Notes under the pieces: generated by a model
The model's database searches: none
Told to the model about the DNA's origin: nothing
Seen by the model: the letters and a program-made list of their open reading frames with translations, nothing else
NCBI RefSeq assembly: GCF_964355755.1
Contig: NC_092671.1
Location: 13,020,001-13,084,000, forward strand
Source: Antedon mediterranea
Lineage: Eukaryota; Animalia; Echinodermata
Direction: 5' to 3'
Length of the DNA: 64,000 bases
Part shown: piece after piece, positions 13,981-28,399 of the stretch
How the letters are laid out: each line of letters opens with the position of its first letter
How positions within the stretch are numbered: the stretch's first letter is position 1
Made by a program: the position numbers and the translations under genes

Positions 13981-14869
13981 ACATGCCAATTCTTTACATT
14001 ATGCATGCATATTACAGTAACTATTTTACAAAAACTGAAAATAGACAATTAATTAATTAAATAATTTTTTGGGTCTTTTCTTGGTCTTATAAAAACTGCA
14101 ATAGAAATTAAACATTTTTTAATAACATGAATAAAATAATAAAAAGGTAATATCCTTATCGTAATAACCAAGAATAGTCCCATGGGGTGTGGCAAAGATT
14201 TTTTAAATAAGGGGCAGAATTAATATGCAGATTGCATTAACAATTGCTATTATTATTTAATAAGTTTAATAAGAATACTATAATATAAATATAGGGATAT
14301 GGGTGGTCTATATATTCAAATGTTATTAAATTAACAATTTATATAATACAGTAAAAATGATCTGAACATTATAGATTCCATTTTAAACATTCCAGGGTGA
14401 CTGGAAAACAAGCATTGCATTGACCAATATTTGTTATACATCATCATCATCATCATTTTGAATACTGTATATAGTGAAATAAATTACTTGATACTCAATA
14501 ATTGTTTCAACTACTGATATTTGAAAATCTAAAATTATTCATTTGTATCGTACTGTTCTTCATATACCGTAATCATATTCACAGAAATATATTGGATTGG
14601 TTTGAATTAAAACAAGCATTTATTCAAATAAACTATCGTGCAAAATGTGTTCTTAAATTCTCTGCGTCACAGTTACCATAAATATGTAAATTTGGTGATT
14701 TGTCTGGGAAGCCAAAAAGGGATTTCAGTTTAAAAGGTCAAAGTGTTACTGTAAATCAGTTTGCTAAACTATGTGCATGAAAACCCACATTTTTTCAAGA
14801 TGATTTCAGCCACATTCACATCAGTAAATGTTATGTGCCATCATTATTGTCATAACAATTATTATTTTC

Positions 14870-15340
14870 GTCATTCTCAATCTCATCATCTTTATCATTA
14901 ACATCTTTATCAACTTCATCATTATCTACATCATTCTCATCATCTTTATCACTAACATCTTTATCAACTTCATCATTATCTCTCATCATTCTCATCATCT
15001 TTATCATTAACATCTTTATCAACTTCATCATTATTTACATCATTCTCATCATTTTTATCGCTAACATCTTTATCAACTTTATCATTATCTACATCATTCT
15101 CATCTTTATCGCTAACATCTTTATCAACTTTATCATTATCTACATCATTCTCATCATCTTTATCGCTAACATCTTTATCAACTTCATCATTATCTACATC
15201 ATTCTCATCATCTTTATCGCTAACATCTTTATCAACTTTATCATTATCTACATAATTCTCATCATCTTTATCAACTGCATTATTATCTCGAATCATTCTC
15301 ATCATCTTTATCACTAACATCCTTTTAACTCATTATCTTC
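14870..15340. repeat. 54-bp tandem repeat derived from (TCA)n
   Basis: Unit tcattctcatcatctttatcgctaacatctttatcaacttcatcattatctaca. Confidence 0.9.
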
Positions 15341-16094
15341 ATATACAGAATTTTCCATATCATTACTTTACTGTCATCAATAATTATAATATTGTTTTCA
15401 TTAACTACTTATTGTTGATTACTGTTATCAGTCATCATAGTCGTACCAACGTCATTATCTTCATCTACGTGAAAGAAATTTATAAAATATGCGCTGTAAA
15501 TAAATTATGAATAATACCTATAATAAACTGTAGGTTAATAATACTTGCTCTTGTCCATTCACATCTCTCATGGGAATTTGATTTATGCATCTGAAATTGA
15601 ATTTAAATGTTTTATTTTGACCTTTTGACCCTTGATTGAACTCATACTTTTAAAAAACAAATCATGACAGCGTTCACCGTTTATTTTTCATCCTCTTTCA
15701 TCTATTATTACGATAATTGGCATCATTTTGAATAATGTGTTCCTTAGAAAGTCGATGCATGTTTTAAATCGCGGTGAATTTTGCTTTTTATGTCTTTGAT
15801 AAGCCCTAGTTGGGATCCTATTTCTTGTGACATTTAGTATTTGCTCCATTATAGGAAGTAATTGCATTTTCTGAAATATATGAATTTCGCTGAATCTATT
15901 ATTAGTTTCTTTCAAATGCTTTGTTTCATAGACGTGATGAGAAAACTATTATTAATTTTCGGTCAACTTTTGCAGTATAAGGCTGGAAAATCACAAAATT
16001 GGTTTTTAATTTTTGAATGGATTTTTCACATCCATATTTTAATTTTTTTGAAATGTAAAATAAAAAGGAAAATGTTTCTTGTTTTTGTTTAAAG

Positions 16095-16246
16095 ATGAAG
16101 TCCGAGAAGAAATAGATCGTATATTTGAATTGTCAAGGAGGCTACAACTTGTTGTATTAGATTGTGACACCATTAACCACCCTACTCAGCTTCAGAAAAC
16201 CTCGCTAGCCCCCATTGTCGTCTACCTAAAGATATCTTCCTCTAAG
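16095..16246 (+). CDS. CACNB: CACNB GK exon ([13 protein letters not shown]...KISSSK)
   Basis: aaag|AT..AAG|gtgagt, phase 1-0. Confidence 0.96.
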
Positions 16247-17574
16247 GTGAGTAACAAAACTAAATAAAGATACTACAAAAACAACACTGTAGACAACCTG
16301 TAAATTAGCATAGATTATTATTAAGAAGAGAATATTTCATGAGTTGAAAGATTTTTCAATTTAACAAGGCAGAAGTGAGTTAAACAGGACAGTCAGGCTT
16401 TTCATTATTGTTTTGCGGTCTAAACAACACTTTTATTAAAGCAGATATCAAACGGCAAACATTCGCCAGCCTCTTGTGGCACAAAATTTAACGTACAGTT
16501 AAATTAACCAATAGATAGTTATAATACACTTGGTTGTGTTATGATATCCAATCTAAACGCTACAGTACCTAAAATAGGCACTGCAGTGAGTTTGGAAAAG
16601 AAAAATATATAACATGAATTTGCATGATTTGATTAAGAAATGCTAAATATTAAGGTAATTTATAGTTTTATCACCAAGAAACTGGTATTGCAAACCAAAC
16701 CTAGTATTTTATAAACATAATTGTAAGATTATCTAAGAATTGTACATTAGTTTTAATACATATGCCCACAGTTATAGAGATATGTAATTATAATAAGTTA
16801 AACGTGACATTTTGAACGTGTGCCATAGAATACATGCTGACAAGAAATTTAAAATCATATACATTCACCGCTGAGAAATCATGAGTTCCTCGTTGGCTGT
16901 TTTTCGTGGCCGAGAGAGAAAAAGGAATGTCTTGGTTCATTTACTCTTGGTGTGATTAACTTGCTTGGACGAGCTCGCTGGATGATAATGTTGAACCAGC
17001 TGTTTGTAAGGCAGCATGTTCGCAGTGTTGGTGTTGAGTGTAACAAGGCTAGGCCCCAGCAGGCCATTGGTTGAAGGTCTTCTAGTAGGCACTTGATCAA
17101 CTTTGAAACCCCTGTGGACTTTATGGATACAGATTTTACTTTTTTTTACTTGTTAGATAGGATAATTGCAACACCTAGAATTTACACTTCCAAAATCTAA
17201 GTCTGAATGAATAGGAGATGGTGCCAATTTGACAATTATTGTGATGATGACACACTTATAAGTGTCTAATTCTAGAAAAGCGAATAGTGGCCAATTTTGT
17301 TATAGTTCATTGACTTCACGTCTGACCGATTTTAGTGTACAATAATAAAATGTTCTTTATTCTTCATCATTGTCATCTTTAATAACAACACAACAACAAA
17401 ATTGTAATGGATCTTGGTAACATAGTTTCTTATAATCAATTTTGTTTCTTGTTATCTACAATACTATAAGCATCTTTAGGTTGTAGGAGTATAAAATAGT
17501 GAAAATAACTGTGCTTTAATATTGGATGTATGCTTTGCTAAGTTGTGGAACTTTTGTCTTTTTCTCTAAATTAG

Positions 17575-17670
17575 GTATTACAAAGACTAATTAAGTCCCG
17601 AAACAAGTCACAGAGTAGAAATATGAATGTTCAAATGGTCGCTGCTGACAAACTTGCTCAGTGTAGCCCT
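17575..17670 (+). CDS. CACNB: CACNB GK exon ([13 protein letters not shown]...AQCSP)
   Basis: ttag|GTA..CCT|gtaagt; conserved VLQRLIKSR and [13 protein letters not shown]. Confidence 0.96.
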
Positions 17671-17779
17671 GTAAGTATACTCTTTTTAGATTAATTATAT
17701 TTAATTTTGTGTTCCTTTATTCTATCCTTTGAATGTGTATTGATTGACTATATGTTTTATGGATTTTCTTAATTTTTAG

Positions 17780-18595
17780 GATTTATTTGATGTGATCTTG
17801 GATGAGAATCAACTTGAAGAAGCATGTGAGCATCTTGCTGAATATTTAGAGGCATATTGGAAAGCAACTCACCCTACTATAAACACACAGCCTAGACCTT
17901 TACAGACCGTTCCATCAGATGGATCCCCGCAACAAAATATATCTAGATCGAATACAAACCGCAACAAAGACAGACACGATGGACAAGAATCAGTCAATAT
18001 GAGAGAGTCACACACACATCATCAGCAAGATTACAGAGACGACCAAAGAGGCCCGCGTGAGCCAGACAGACGGGATCCGCGCAACGACCGTCGACCCATG
18101 CAGGATAGTCGCAGTCGTGACTGTTATCAGGATTATGATGCTCGGAAAGATAGGAACTATGATCCACAATATGAACGTGATCATTACTATGAAAGGGATC
18201 CAAGAAGAGAAGGTGGTCCCAGATCGGACAGGAGCATCCCGCGTGACAGGGAACGGACTCAAGACCCTGATAGGGTAAGCGACCCATATGCAAGGGATAG
18301 GCACTATTCTGAGCGAGATACGCTACGGTATGAACACGAAATTGCACGTGACCGTGATCGTGACCGTTACAATAGAAATGAACAATATGAGATGCAAGAT
18401 CGAGCACGTGATCGGGATAGGTATATAGACCAGCAACCAAATGGGCGTAGCCGACACTGGGATCCACAGGGCCAAGTTAACGAGTACGATCGTCGTGGAC
18501 CCTATCCTGATCAGTATTCACGCTACGGAGACCCACATGGCATGAGAGAACCCTCTGCAGCGGGTATGGGAAGGCCGCATCCCAACCGACCATAA
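17780..18595 (+). CDS. CACNB: CACNB terminal exon: end of GK domain plus R/D/Y-rich C-terminal tail
   Basis: tttag|GAT TTA TTT GAT; extends ORF 17792-18595 to the TAA stop. Confidence 0.95.
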   Translation, partial: DLFDVILDENQLEEACEHLAEYLEAYWKATHPTINTQPRPLQTVPSDGSPQQNISRSNTNRNKDRHDGQESVNMRESHTHHQQDYRDDQRGPREPDRRDPRNDRRPMQDSRSRDCYQDYDARKDRNYDPQYERDHYYERDPRREGGPRSDRSIPRDRERTQDPDRVSDPYARDRHYSERDTLRYEHEIARDRDRDRYNRNEQYEMQDRARDRDRYIDQQPNGRSRHWDPQGQVNEYDRRGPYPDQYSRYGDPHGMREPSAAGMGRPHPNRP

Positions 18596-20966
18596 TGGCG
18601 GTTGTAAAAGCCTCTGTCAGAGGAGATGCCAGGTTCTTTTTTTTTCTTTGAGATATTCTTATGATATTCTCGCCCGTAAATCATGCAAATCCTTTGGACC
18701 ATGTGCCAATTTTTATTGTGTTGGGTATCGTGGAAGGAGCATGTCACGGCACCACTTTCTGAACCGTCTCTATGTAAAATGTACAAGAAGCTCTTCAAAT
18801 GTGCAATGCTATGAGATATTTTAAAATTGCAATCCTTCATGTTTCTCGTAAACCGATGGCACTGAATTCAACAGCTGATTGCATTGAGGATAAAAACCCA
18901 GCTTTGATTATGCAAAAGGAGGATATTGAGGTGACTGAGAGCAGTACAACAGTTGGTATAGTGAATTGGCCATGAGGTACCTTTAATCCGTTTTCACACC
19001 TGTTATCGCGCAGATATTGTGAAATATAGACAATTTTCATGTATGAAAATAACTTGACATACTATCTGATACCTCCATTTGGCCAAATTCTTGTTAACAT
19101 TTCACGCAAAAAAATTGTAGTGACCTCTGTTTACCATATGTAACTAGACAATTGAAGTGTACTTGAAGTTTGACAAAATATAATATTAGCTACTAGACTC
19201 ATCGATAGAAAACAAATCAAAGACAAGACCTCCAATTTGTGTGTGAATACAGGTGTGCAACTAACTTGGCTTAACTCATGTTCATGATATAATCATTTAG
19301 CTACAGGAATTTGCGGTGCAAATCCCCCATTACCCGGCAAATATCTTATAGTAGTAGATGTAATAATAGTTGTAGTTTGTAGATCCTTGTCTCATTCCCT
19401 CTATATGAAGTTGCTTTCCTTGTGGACTTCAGAAAAAAAAGAAAACCAAGAAATGTGAAAAATATAATATAGTTGGTTTGAAGACAACTCTCTAGCGAGA
19501 CTTCTGTTAATATGTATTTAAAACCATAATCGCATCTTATGAATGCATCTGAGGGATTTTTTAGCATTTGTATATAATATTGGTAACCTCATAAGTTTCT
19601 TTTGGGTTTCATTTTGATAAAAAAATTATGAAATAGTTGTATAAGCTGAGGTTTATTATCTTTTAAATAGAATTATTTCACATTTGATGCAATTATAAAT
19701 TTAGGGTTGAAATAAAGCCATATTTTTATCTTGTTAATTTATTCAGATTGGTTTTAAGTAGCGGTTTTTTTTTCCTCATGATGGCCGGTGACATTGTGAG
19801 GATCTTTTAGCAATTGTTAGTTTTAGGTATTTATAGTTTTCTTCAAATGTCATTGTATAAAGTATAATATAAAATATTAAATTTTGGGATTATTATTATT
19901 ATTATTGTAAATCTAACAATATTCTCAAGTTTATTTTATAGAGTGTATTTGAATCAGCAGTGTAATTTTCTTGACGCTTTATTTTTGTATTGCCGACTGA
20001 GTAACATTTTTCAATATATATAGAGGGCGACATTGTCATATTAATTAAATGTTTTTCTCAGACTTTTAGCACAATATAAATGGCAAGGGTCAAAACATGT
20101 CATGTTTATTCTTCTTAAAAGAGGGGAAGAGAAAGTCAAGGATTGTTGAAATCTATTTTTTCTTCACTTGTACAATTTATTCTAGACATTATCAAATGCT
20201 TTCCCGTCCATTTCTGGGTGCTTTCTGCTTTACGTCTCCAGAAGAGGATTGGTTGATATCCGACTAGAACGACAATTCTTTTCTATTTATATCGCTGAAT
20301 TTTTGTTTTTAAGTACCAAGGATAGATGATATGTAGCTAGTGAAGATATTAGAATGTTTTGTTTCTTTGAGCATTCCAGAAGGTTTTTTTTTACTGTTGA
20401 TCATGTGACCTTTAGTGGGTATAATGTATTGCGTGTTAGGTTAACACCTTTTAAAAAAAAAAGTAAATGCAAACATTAAGCTGTCCTGTACATTTTAACA
20501 TCCAGGGTGACACTTTACAACATTATTACAACCGCCAAAACATGTCTACATCTCTTACATCATACCACACTTTATAAATGTTAATAAATGTATGGTATTT
20601 TTATGAGGAAAGCCCATTTCATGTCACATGGTCACTCTCTGGAAATGTAAAGCTGTTACTGCCGGCGGTACATTGGAAGGGAAGAATTTGGTGGAATATA
20701 TAAAATAGAAATTTAGAAAAACTTGTTAATATATAAACATTGATAATGTAGATTCTTGTCCATTTTTTGTTATCATCCATGACATTCTGAGATTAAAGGA
20801 AACAAAGATGTGTTATTTGAAAGATTAAAATCAACAATCTTTTAATGGGGACCGTCTAACAGAAAAATCCAACTAAAGGGCCTAGCTTCCAAAATAGTCT
20901 TATTAAAGAACCTAACTGGAGTTATTAAAGATAATGGAATGTTGAAATATATCAATATGGTCAGTT

Positions 20967-21190
20967 ATTAAATTGTATGCATATTAATTAAATTGTATGC
21001 ATAATTATTCAATGGTATGCATATTTATTCAATCGTATGCATATTCATTAAATGGTATGCATATTTATTCAATTGTATGCATATTCATTAAATGGTATGC
21101 ATATTCATTCAATTGTATGCATATTTATTAAACGGTATGCATATTTATTCAATTATATGCATATTTATTAAATGGTATGCATATTTATTC
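20967..21190. repeat. 20-bp tandem repeat (attaaatggtatgcatattt), about 11 copies
   Basis: Direct periodicity of 20. Confidence 0.92.
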
Positions 21191-23694
21191 GATTCTAATA
21201 ATAATCCTATTATATAGACAATATATCCTCACCTTATAGCTTAAGAAAAACAATTTTATTCAACAATTCAAATTTATTAAAATTTCTAAGCAGCTAATTT
21301 TGGTTTTGAATTATCTATGGTGAAGCATGTTGACTTGGTTGGATTAACATGGCAGTATGTTTATAATATTACTTAAGATTAACAATACGAAACTACCTAT
21401 CCTACATTTTATGCAAATTGTCCACATTTCCTTGTCTGTGGGAAGAATTTTGGGTAGTCATAAAACCTAAGATCTGTAACTATTTATGAAAAAAGTGAAT
21501 CGTCGTTTGCTGAATACCATATAATAATTTATTAGCTGGTTTTAGGTATTGTTTGATATATATCGGCTAACGTGGAAAAGTAAAGGCATACAACACTAAT
21601 GAACAACCTGTATACATATAAATGTAAAATTTTGTATATAGAGCCTTAGTAACTTTGGTTACTATATTCTATACCAATGACTAAATATTATATGATTAAT
21701 ATTACTGAGATTTATCGTTAAATATTCTATAATTGTGATATCCTTTAATAGAAATGTTGTTGTTTGAAGGATGAAGACTTTTCTTTCAGTAATACATACT
21801 CCTTGAAAATAAAACATACTATCTGCACCATTATTATCAATAAAGGAATAACTTATGTTCAAAATTATTTATTCAAAATCCATATCAAAATTAAATTTTG
21901 ACTGATGGAATTAATATTCTTAGTGTTGGTACTGTGTAACGGCCAGAGAATGGACATCAATATTATGATTCCGTCTCTTTCATTATTATATCATATAATA
22001 ATTTAATGAATCTGATAAGTTTACTAACCAGACCTCCTAGTCTGGAGAGCTTGGTTTGACATGCAATTATTACATGCAACAAGTATACTCGGGCTCATGT
22101 GTGGATAATATACTATACTACTATTGATATTTAAATAAGCTATTTAGCCATTCTTCACTCATTTTTCTGTTGCTCATTTTTATATTATGCACAGAAATAA
22201 TATGAATGTAATGTATACAAAGGGGTTTCTGGAAATGTTCATTTGCATAATTAAAAAGAAATTCATATAAAGTATGGTTTAATTGTGATGATATACATGT
22301 AATATTGGTTCAATGCCATAAACTATAAGCAATATCAATTATATAAAATTTATTTTAGCCTTCCTTTAAAAATATTATATACAGTAAATGTAAATGCTGA
22401 AGAAGAGGGCCAGATTGGAAATCTTACCCCCATAAAATGTGACAAAAAAAGTATTTGGCCAACAATGCCAAAATATCTGTAGTTTAGTTACATCACATTC
22501 CTTTTTATATGCAATTTTAACAAATTAATGAATTCATAATGTGTATTATTTAGTTTATTAGAATGTTTATTTTAATGCATTTACTTTGATTTTTAAAACT
22601 TGTGTGTAGAATAAGTAGTCTATATGATTGTGGAATACAATTCTCTATTCCTAGAGGTATTGATTGCTTTAATTTTCTCCCTATTTTCTTTAATTTTGGC
22701 CTGTTATAATGTGACCGTCTTGCCATGTTTTTGTCATACTGTTTACTGTACTTTATTTTGCTGTATTTAGTTTTCATAGGAGCACAATGACGCTCCTAAA
22801 TAATAATTAACCACTGTCTTTGCCATTGTTTGTGCAATTGTTTCAGACCATTTTGGTTCTGTTTATAAGAAATTCTAATAAAAACATATATTTATGTGCA
22901 CTTAAATTAATATAAAAAAAATCACAGACTTCTACTAACCACATATGTACATATATATGTATAATGTATGTACACATGCATGTAAATATAATATATATAT
23001 ACATAAATTCATATATGTGTATTTGTATACATTTACATATAGATGTTTATGTGTTATTGTTCCATGTCCTTAATGAACAAAAAAAGGTCATTGTTGATTT
23101 TTCTTTTCAATTACAAATATAATGTTAGTTATTACCTATTTGGATTCATGTAATATAGTTCATTTAGATAAGATAATAAGTAAATAACATGCACCTTATC
23201 TACTGTGTTCACTTTAGTAAATTTCAAGAAATAAAAAAAAATGACCATGTCTTCCTAGCGGGGCGGGGTAGGCTACTCTGTCGCCAACTGTACCACGACC
23301 GACTGGTAGACTTACGCTTATTGCTACCGTGTGTCTGATAAAATTATTACAATAAAACTGGGTGTTATAAAATAATAATCATCATATTTAAAGTGTTGCA
23401 TGAATTCATCTACACAAACAATTGCTTTTTAAATCTTGTTCAGTGTGATTTTGTTTTTGGAAATTCCATATAAAGAGAATCTAATGCTGAATTAATAATA
23501 TCCATATTGATGATACATAATATTATTGTAAATAGGATTTTTTAACAGTATTTAACTTAACCATTCAGTCATGTGATTGCTTAATGTATAAGATAAACAA
23601 ACTTTACAAAGTCTGTAGCTGTTTTCAATTCACTAATTTTCTCTAAATTGTATAAAATGTTAATCTGACCCTGGTGAAGTATCAAGGAAAGACA

Positions 23695-23856
23695 ATAGGG
23701 AGCTTTCCATTTGCGATGACCGACTAGGTCAGGTCAGTTGATGTGTCGTTGGTCATTGTCTGTACCTAGAAACCATCAGAGTGAGAAAACACTCCCTGCA
23801 TGCGCACAATGAATTAACATGTTGTTTGTTGGTCGTCGCAAATCATATCTCCCTAT
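23695..23856. mobile_element. Small MITE with ataggga...tccctat ends
   Basis: Imperfect TIRs atagggagctttccatttgcgatgacc / ggtcgtcgcaaatcatatctccctat. Confidence 0.6.
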
Positions 23857-25068
23857 ATAATAATGTATGCATATGATTGGCCTCACACACATATATGTGT
23901 AACATAAACATTATATTGATCACTAGATAAATTGGTTATTTCATAACAAACATTCAAATGTTTTAAATGCATAATATGTAAAGCAATTTCTATATAATTT
24001 CAATTATTTATTGCTATAAAAAAGAAGTCATAGAATTGAAACTAGAGTGATGAATAACTTTTTATTTCATATTGAAAATTGGCTATACCATCAAGAGATC
24101 TATCCACATATCCCCCAATTTATCAAATTACCAAATATACTTATGACATCCCTTTAAATTCACTATTGTATGTAATAACATTATGTTTTGATTTACCCAA
24201 AAGTAAGAATACTGCAATATCAGTACAGTAGCTTAAAATATGGAATGGCTAAAAATATATATAACAAAATAAAGAAAGTTTAAATTACAGCATCCTATTA
24301 TATACATCACTAACCAAAATACCCGCTATCATAAACACAATGAGATATTTAGTTTGTTCACACTCTAGTACAGTTAATGGAGAATTTTTCAATTAAACTT
24401 CTGTATATGATCATAAGACTATACTAAAGAGCAATAGTGTGGTCCTGCTCTAAAATCGTTATCGTTGTTGTTTTAGGTTTCGTGACTACCCAAATTGTGC
24501 ATAGTTGCGGAAGCTATCACAGCAGTTGATAGGCAAGGAGCATGAGCAGCAACTGTTGGCTTGTCTCATAGTGTATGGGGCTACGTAATGCATGCATCGA
24601 AAGTGCCTATTGTTACAGTCAAATTTTACCTAACTATTAATGATACATTGGTATTAAACTATTATGTAATTTTGTGCTTGGAGTGACCATAAAAAGGTAC
24701 TACAGTTGGTATGAAAAATGTTTTATTAAGATTTGTGGAACTGTAAACATCTGAGTGATATTGGTATTCTGTGTACATAGGAACTTTCCTGAAATTGAAT
24801 GCAAACAGATTAATCACTGTTCCCCTCAAACTCTAATAGACTTCAAAATCTTTTTACATTTAAATGTTTGAACATAAGCTATGTTAATGTATCATAATTG
24901 ACCAGTTTTAATTTTCTCTTATTTTCAACAATAACAAATATGGAAATTATTGAATAAATGATTTAACTGTGTTCTATGGAATGCATAACAATATATAATG
25001 GGTGTAATGTATGGAAGGCTATTATGGTCAAAAAAGTGTTTGCCGTATTGTAAAAGAAAATGATTATA

Positions 25069-25245
25069 CATTTTAATGAATATTCATATCTCCTCATTAA
25101 GATGATATCTGATTCATTAATAAATTATGCATTTTAATGAATATTTATTTATCTCCTTATTAAGATGGTATCCGATTCGTTAATAAATTATGCATTTTAA
25201 TGAATATTCATATCTCATCATTAAGTAAACATCTCATTCATAAAT
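25069..25245. repeat. About 61-65-bp tandem triplication
   Basis: cattttaatgaatatt...ttaataaattatg occurs about three times. Confidence 0.8.
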
Positions 25246-26925
25246 TTATTATCCATATTTTGGAAAGAGTCATTCACGACTATTGTTAAAATGTACACAA
25301 ATTAGTATTCTATTTTTTATTTTAATATTTTTACATTTTACAAGGAGAGATCTAAAGTGTTATGGCAGAACCTCCGACTTTTTCTCTTCTCTCTCATCTT
25401 TTCCGCAATATTTTATGATATTGCGTTGTATTAGCTTCTAGTCGTTTGCTTTGTTGTGATAAAGGCCTTGCCTAGTCTTACTAAAACCGGATTGTTAAAC
25501 CCTTTTTAGGGCTAAACTTTAAATGCATAGATAGAATATACACATGAAAATATTATATTAAACATAACATACTTTACACACAAGTTCTCAATATGAATGA
25601 GTACAAAATTCCATTCACCAACATAAAAAATAAAATATTGTAAATGGATAGCATCTATGGAGTATCATTTCGTATGTATAGGCATCTTGATTTGCATATA
25701 TATATATATATATAAATGGTTTGGTTATGACCTGCCTATTTGAAACCAAATCATATTGTATGACTTTGTAATGGTCATTTTTCAAGAGGTATTAACCAAC
25801 ATACGTTTGAAGTATTTTATTATGTATTTCGCTATTGTTGGTTTGATATATTATATATATTATATATAATTATATATTTTTTAATTTTAATATCTTTATT
25901 TTTATTTATGTGGAGCAAAAATGAGGCTTAATTCTTTCCTCATCTCTTTATATTCCTTATACAGTTCATTATCCCTGCTATTAAAACTTAAGTACAAATT
26001 TAAGATTTACCCAATTGCTTCAGTTTTATTTCACAATTGTTGAGAAGAGCTTCTGTAAGTTGCATGCATATTCTACATTACGATACAGTTGAAGCTTTAA
26101 CATAACTAATGACAATATATAAACAAATAAACAAGCATAAATAATGAATTCCTCTTTCATGTTTTTGTTATGTTATCTGCTGAGTGAAAACGCATTCAGC
26201 TTAAATAAATCCCGATAAGAAAACCACATGGTTTTGAAGCATTTCCATTCATATATACTATACATAATATATATATATATTATTATATATAATACATTCA
26301 TATACATTATCTAAATCTATGTATAGTGTTGCCAATGTATAGTGTAACATTGTATGCTATGTGAATCGTATCCAAGATATAACTGTCAACGTCTTTATTC
26401 TTCTCTAAGCCTCTACGCTTCGCTCTATATTATCAAGATTGTAAATAAATTTTTAACACTCGTATGTCTATACAAAAAAACCCTTGTTTTTGTGTTTTAT
26501 TATTGACTATGGTTACCTTATTCTTTGTTTATTTTATCCTTAAAGTTTCTTCAGATTAACTTTTTCCTCTGTTTGTAGTTGATGCCATCTTGCACTCTGT
26601 ACATGTGTGCTTTGTGATTTGCACATTTTTATTTCACCTCTTTTCAACTTCAGTATGACATATAACCATTAATTGGTTGTATTTGCCACACCTAAAACTA
26701 TCTCAATATCTCCACACACTATAAGTAAACAAATTCATCAAGCAAGATTTGAACCATTACATCAAACACACCACTACACTGCCTAGTAACACTCTAGGCT
26801 AACCAATTTCTGGAAACAGCTGGTGAATCCAAGTTGTCCTTTTCCAGTATGATTTTGTACATGAATAATTCATGAGGCAAATACAACCATATATTAAACA
26901 TTCACCGACAACAAAACCATCTTAT

Positions 26926-27160
26926 GAAAGTGTGGCGGATGTACGACTACTTATCGCGAGTACGAATCTAATGCTTGTTGCATTGCTTGTATCCTTAGGC
27001 AGGACACTTTACTTACGTTTTCCTCTCTCCACAACAGTGCACAAATGGGTACCTTGCTGCATTATGGGAATATGCTTCCATGTGCTTGATCCAAAAATTA
27101 CCGGGGTAATAATGCGAAGCTTAATGTGGATTAAGTGCTGTATAAGAATGAGTATTATTA
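26926..27160 (+). mobile_element. Decayed CORE-like SINE with LINE2-like tail
   Basis: tccttaggcaggacactttac...ctctctccac...aaatgggtacc core-like segment; tail gtgctgtataagaatgagtattatta. Confidence 0.6.
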
Positions 27161-28071
27161 CAGTTTTGTGAATAAAAGAGATTTGGACCATGTAAATTGG
27201 ACGAAGATACAATGCTACTAGACAGAGACATTCACCTGTAGAGTACACAGTTGACTACTGCAACATTCAGCGAACGTTTAGAACACTAGATGCCGAACAT
27301 GTACATGTACAACTCAACAAATTGACATTCATTATACTTCTCATTTTTCTTGAAACTGAAATCTTTTTACATTTACAATTCCTTCCTTAATTAAAATTCA
27401 CTTTTCAGAAAAAATCTTGGGAAGGTAGGAAAGTGTGCCTAGGTCCAAATTTATTGTGTTCTAGAAAATTTGAAGGGAGTATTTTAAAAGAAGCCATCTA
27501 ATTAAATTTTGCATTAGCATTCACTTAAGTCTTATCAATTACTACATCAAGCGTGGGACTACACATTTCTCAGAATTCTACGCAGATAATGACATTTCCA
27601 TATGGAAATTAGAATAATCTTTGTCAAGTAGGTATTTTAGATTTCAAAATTTTAATTAGATATGCTGATAATTATACAATAAAGCAATGGTTGTATCTGC
27701 AGGCTCTGAAAGAGTGGAAAAACGTCTAACCTAAAAACATAAAAATACAGAATGAATTAATCTAAAGTAAATTGTGAACTTTTAAAATCCATCAAATGAA
27801 AAAGTTAACCATACGAACAATGATATGTTTATGGATGCACTGCATATGCAATCCAACTTCAAAATTGGATTTTAATACACATGGCTTTTATCACGAACAT
27901 ACAGATGAGACTGTATACATTATGCACATATATAAAAACATGTTTGCCTTGTAACTGTTTCGTATATCAGGCCCATGTCCTAACAAAGATTGGGTTTAGT
28001 TGTTTCTATATATTATTGAATGCAGTTACATGGCATCTTCCCCTGTTTTTTAACGAATTACAATCAGGACC

Positions 28072-28198
28072 TAAAGCCCTGTCTACACTATCAAACTTTA
28101 TGTGACAAAAAAATGTGATGTGCCCATATATGGACAACATAATGATGTCACATCGCACTTTTTTTGTCAAACTAGTTTGATAGCATAGACAGACCTTA
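28072..28198. mobile_element. MITE family A copy 1 (aaagctctgtctacactatcaaact TIR)
   Basis: TIRs present; homologous to 50707-50941 and 51590-51618. Confidence 0.8.
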
Positions 28199-28399
28199 AG
28201 TATATTTTGTCCAAGCTTATCAGAGTCCGCGCATGACATTGTGATATCAAAGCCCAAAATGTAAAACTAGTATAATAAAATTAAAACACTCCAATGTTAG
28301 AATATACTGTATTCTTTATTAATATAAACATTTATAGATATTGAGATATTGCCCATGCTACAGTCATATTTAAATATTACGCACTTTTACATTAACAAT

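Larger units (their letters stand above)
7642..18595 (+). other. CACNB: Gene span (5'-partial): voltage-dependent calcium channel beta subunit; six coding exons in window
   Basis: Exons 7642-7763, 8225-8364, 10524-10627, 16095-16246, 17575-17670 and 17780-18595 join in frame with GT-AG sites. The translation carries the CaVbeta GK hallmarks [45 protein letters not shown] and [29 protein letters not shown]. The SH3 exons lie upstream of the window. Confidence 0.96.

Noticed and set aside
14828-15320. Asp-rich ORFs resembling acidic biomineralisation proteins
   Set aside because: They arise from a (TCA)n-derived 54-bp repeat in a CACNB intron, the frame is broken between two ORFs, and no signal peptide or convincing splice sites were seen.
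17994-18467. Antisense and alternative-frame ORFs over the CACNB last exon
   Set aside because: Shadow ORFs of a GC-rich low-complexity coding exon.
22395-22430. CTGAAGA...GAAA hammerhead-like core
   Set aside because: Stems I and II cannot be formed.
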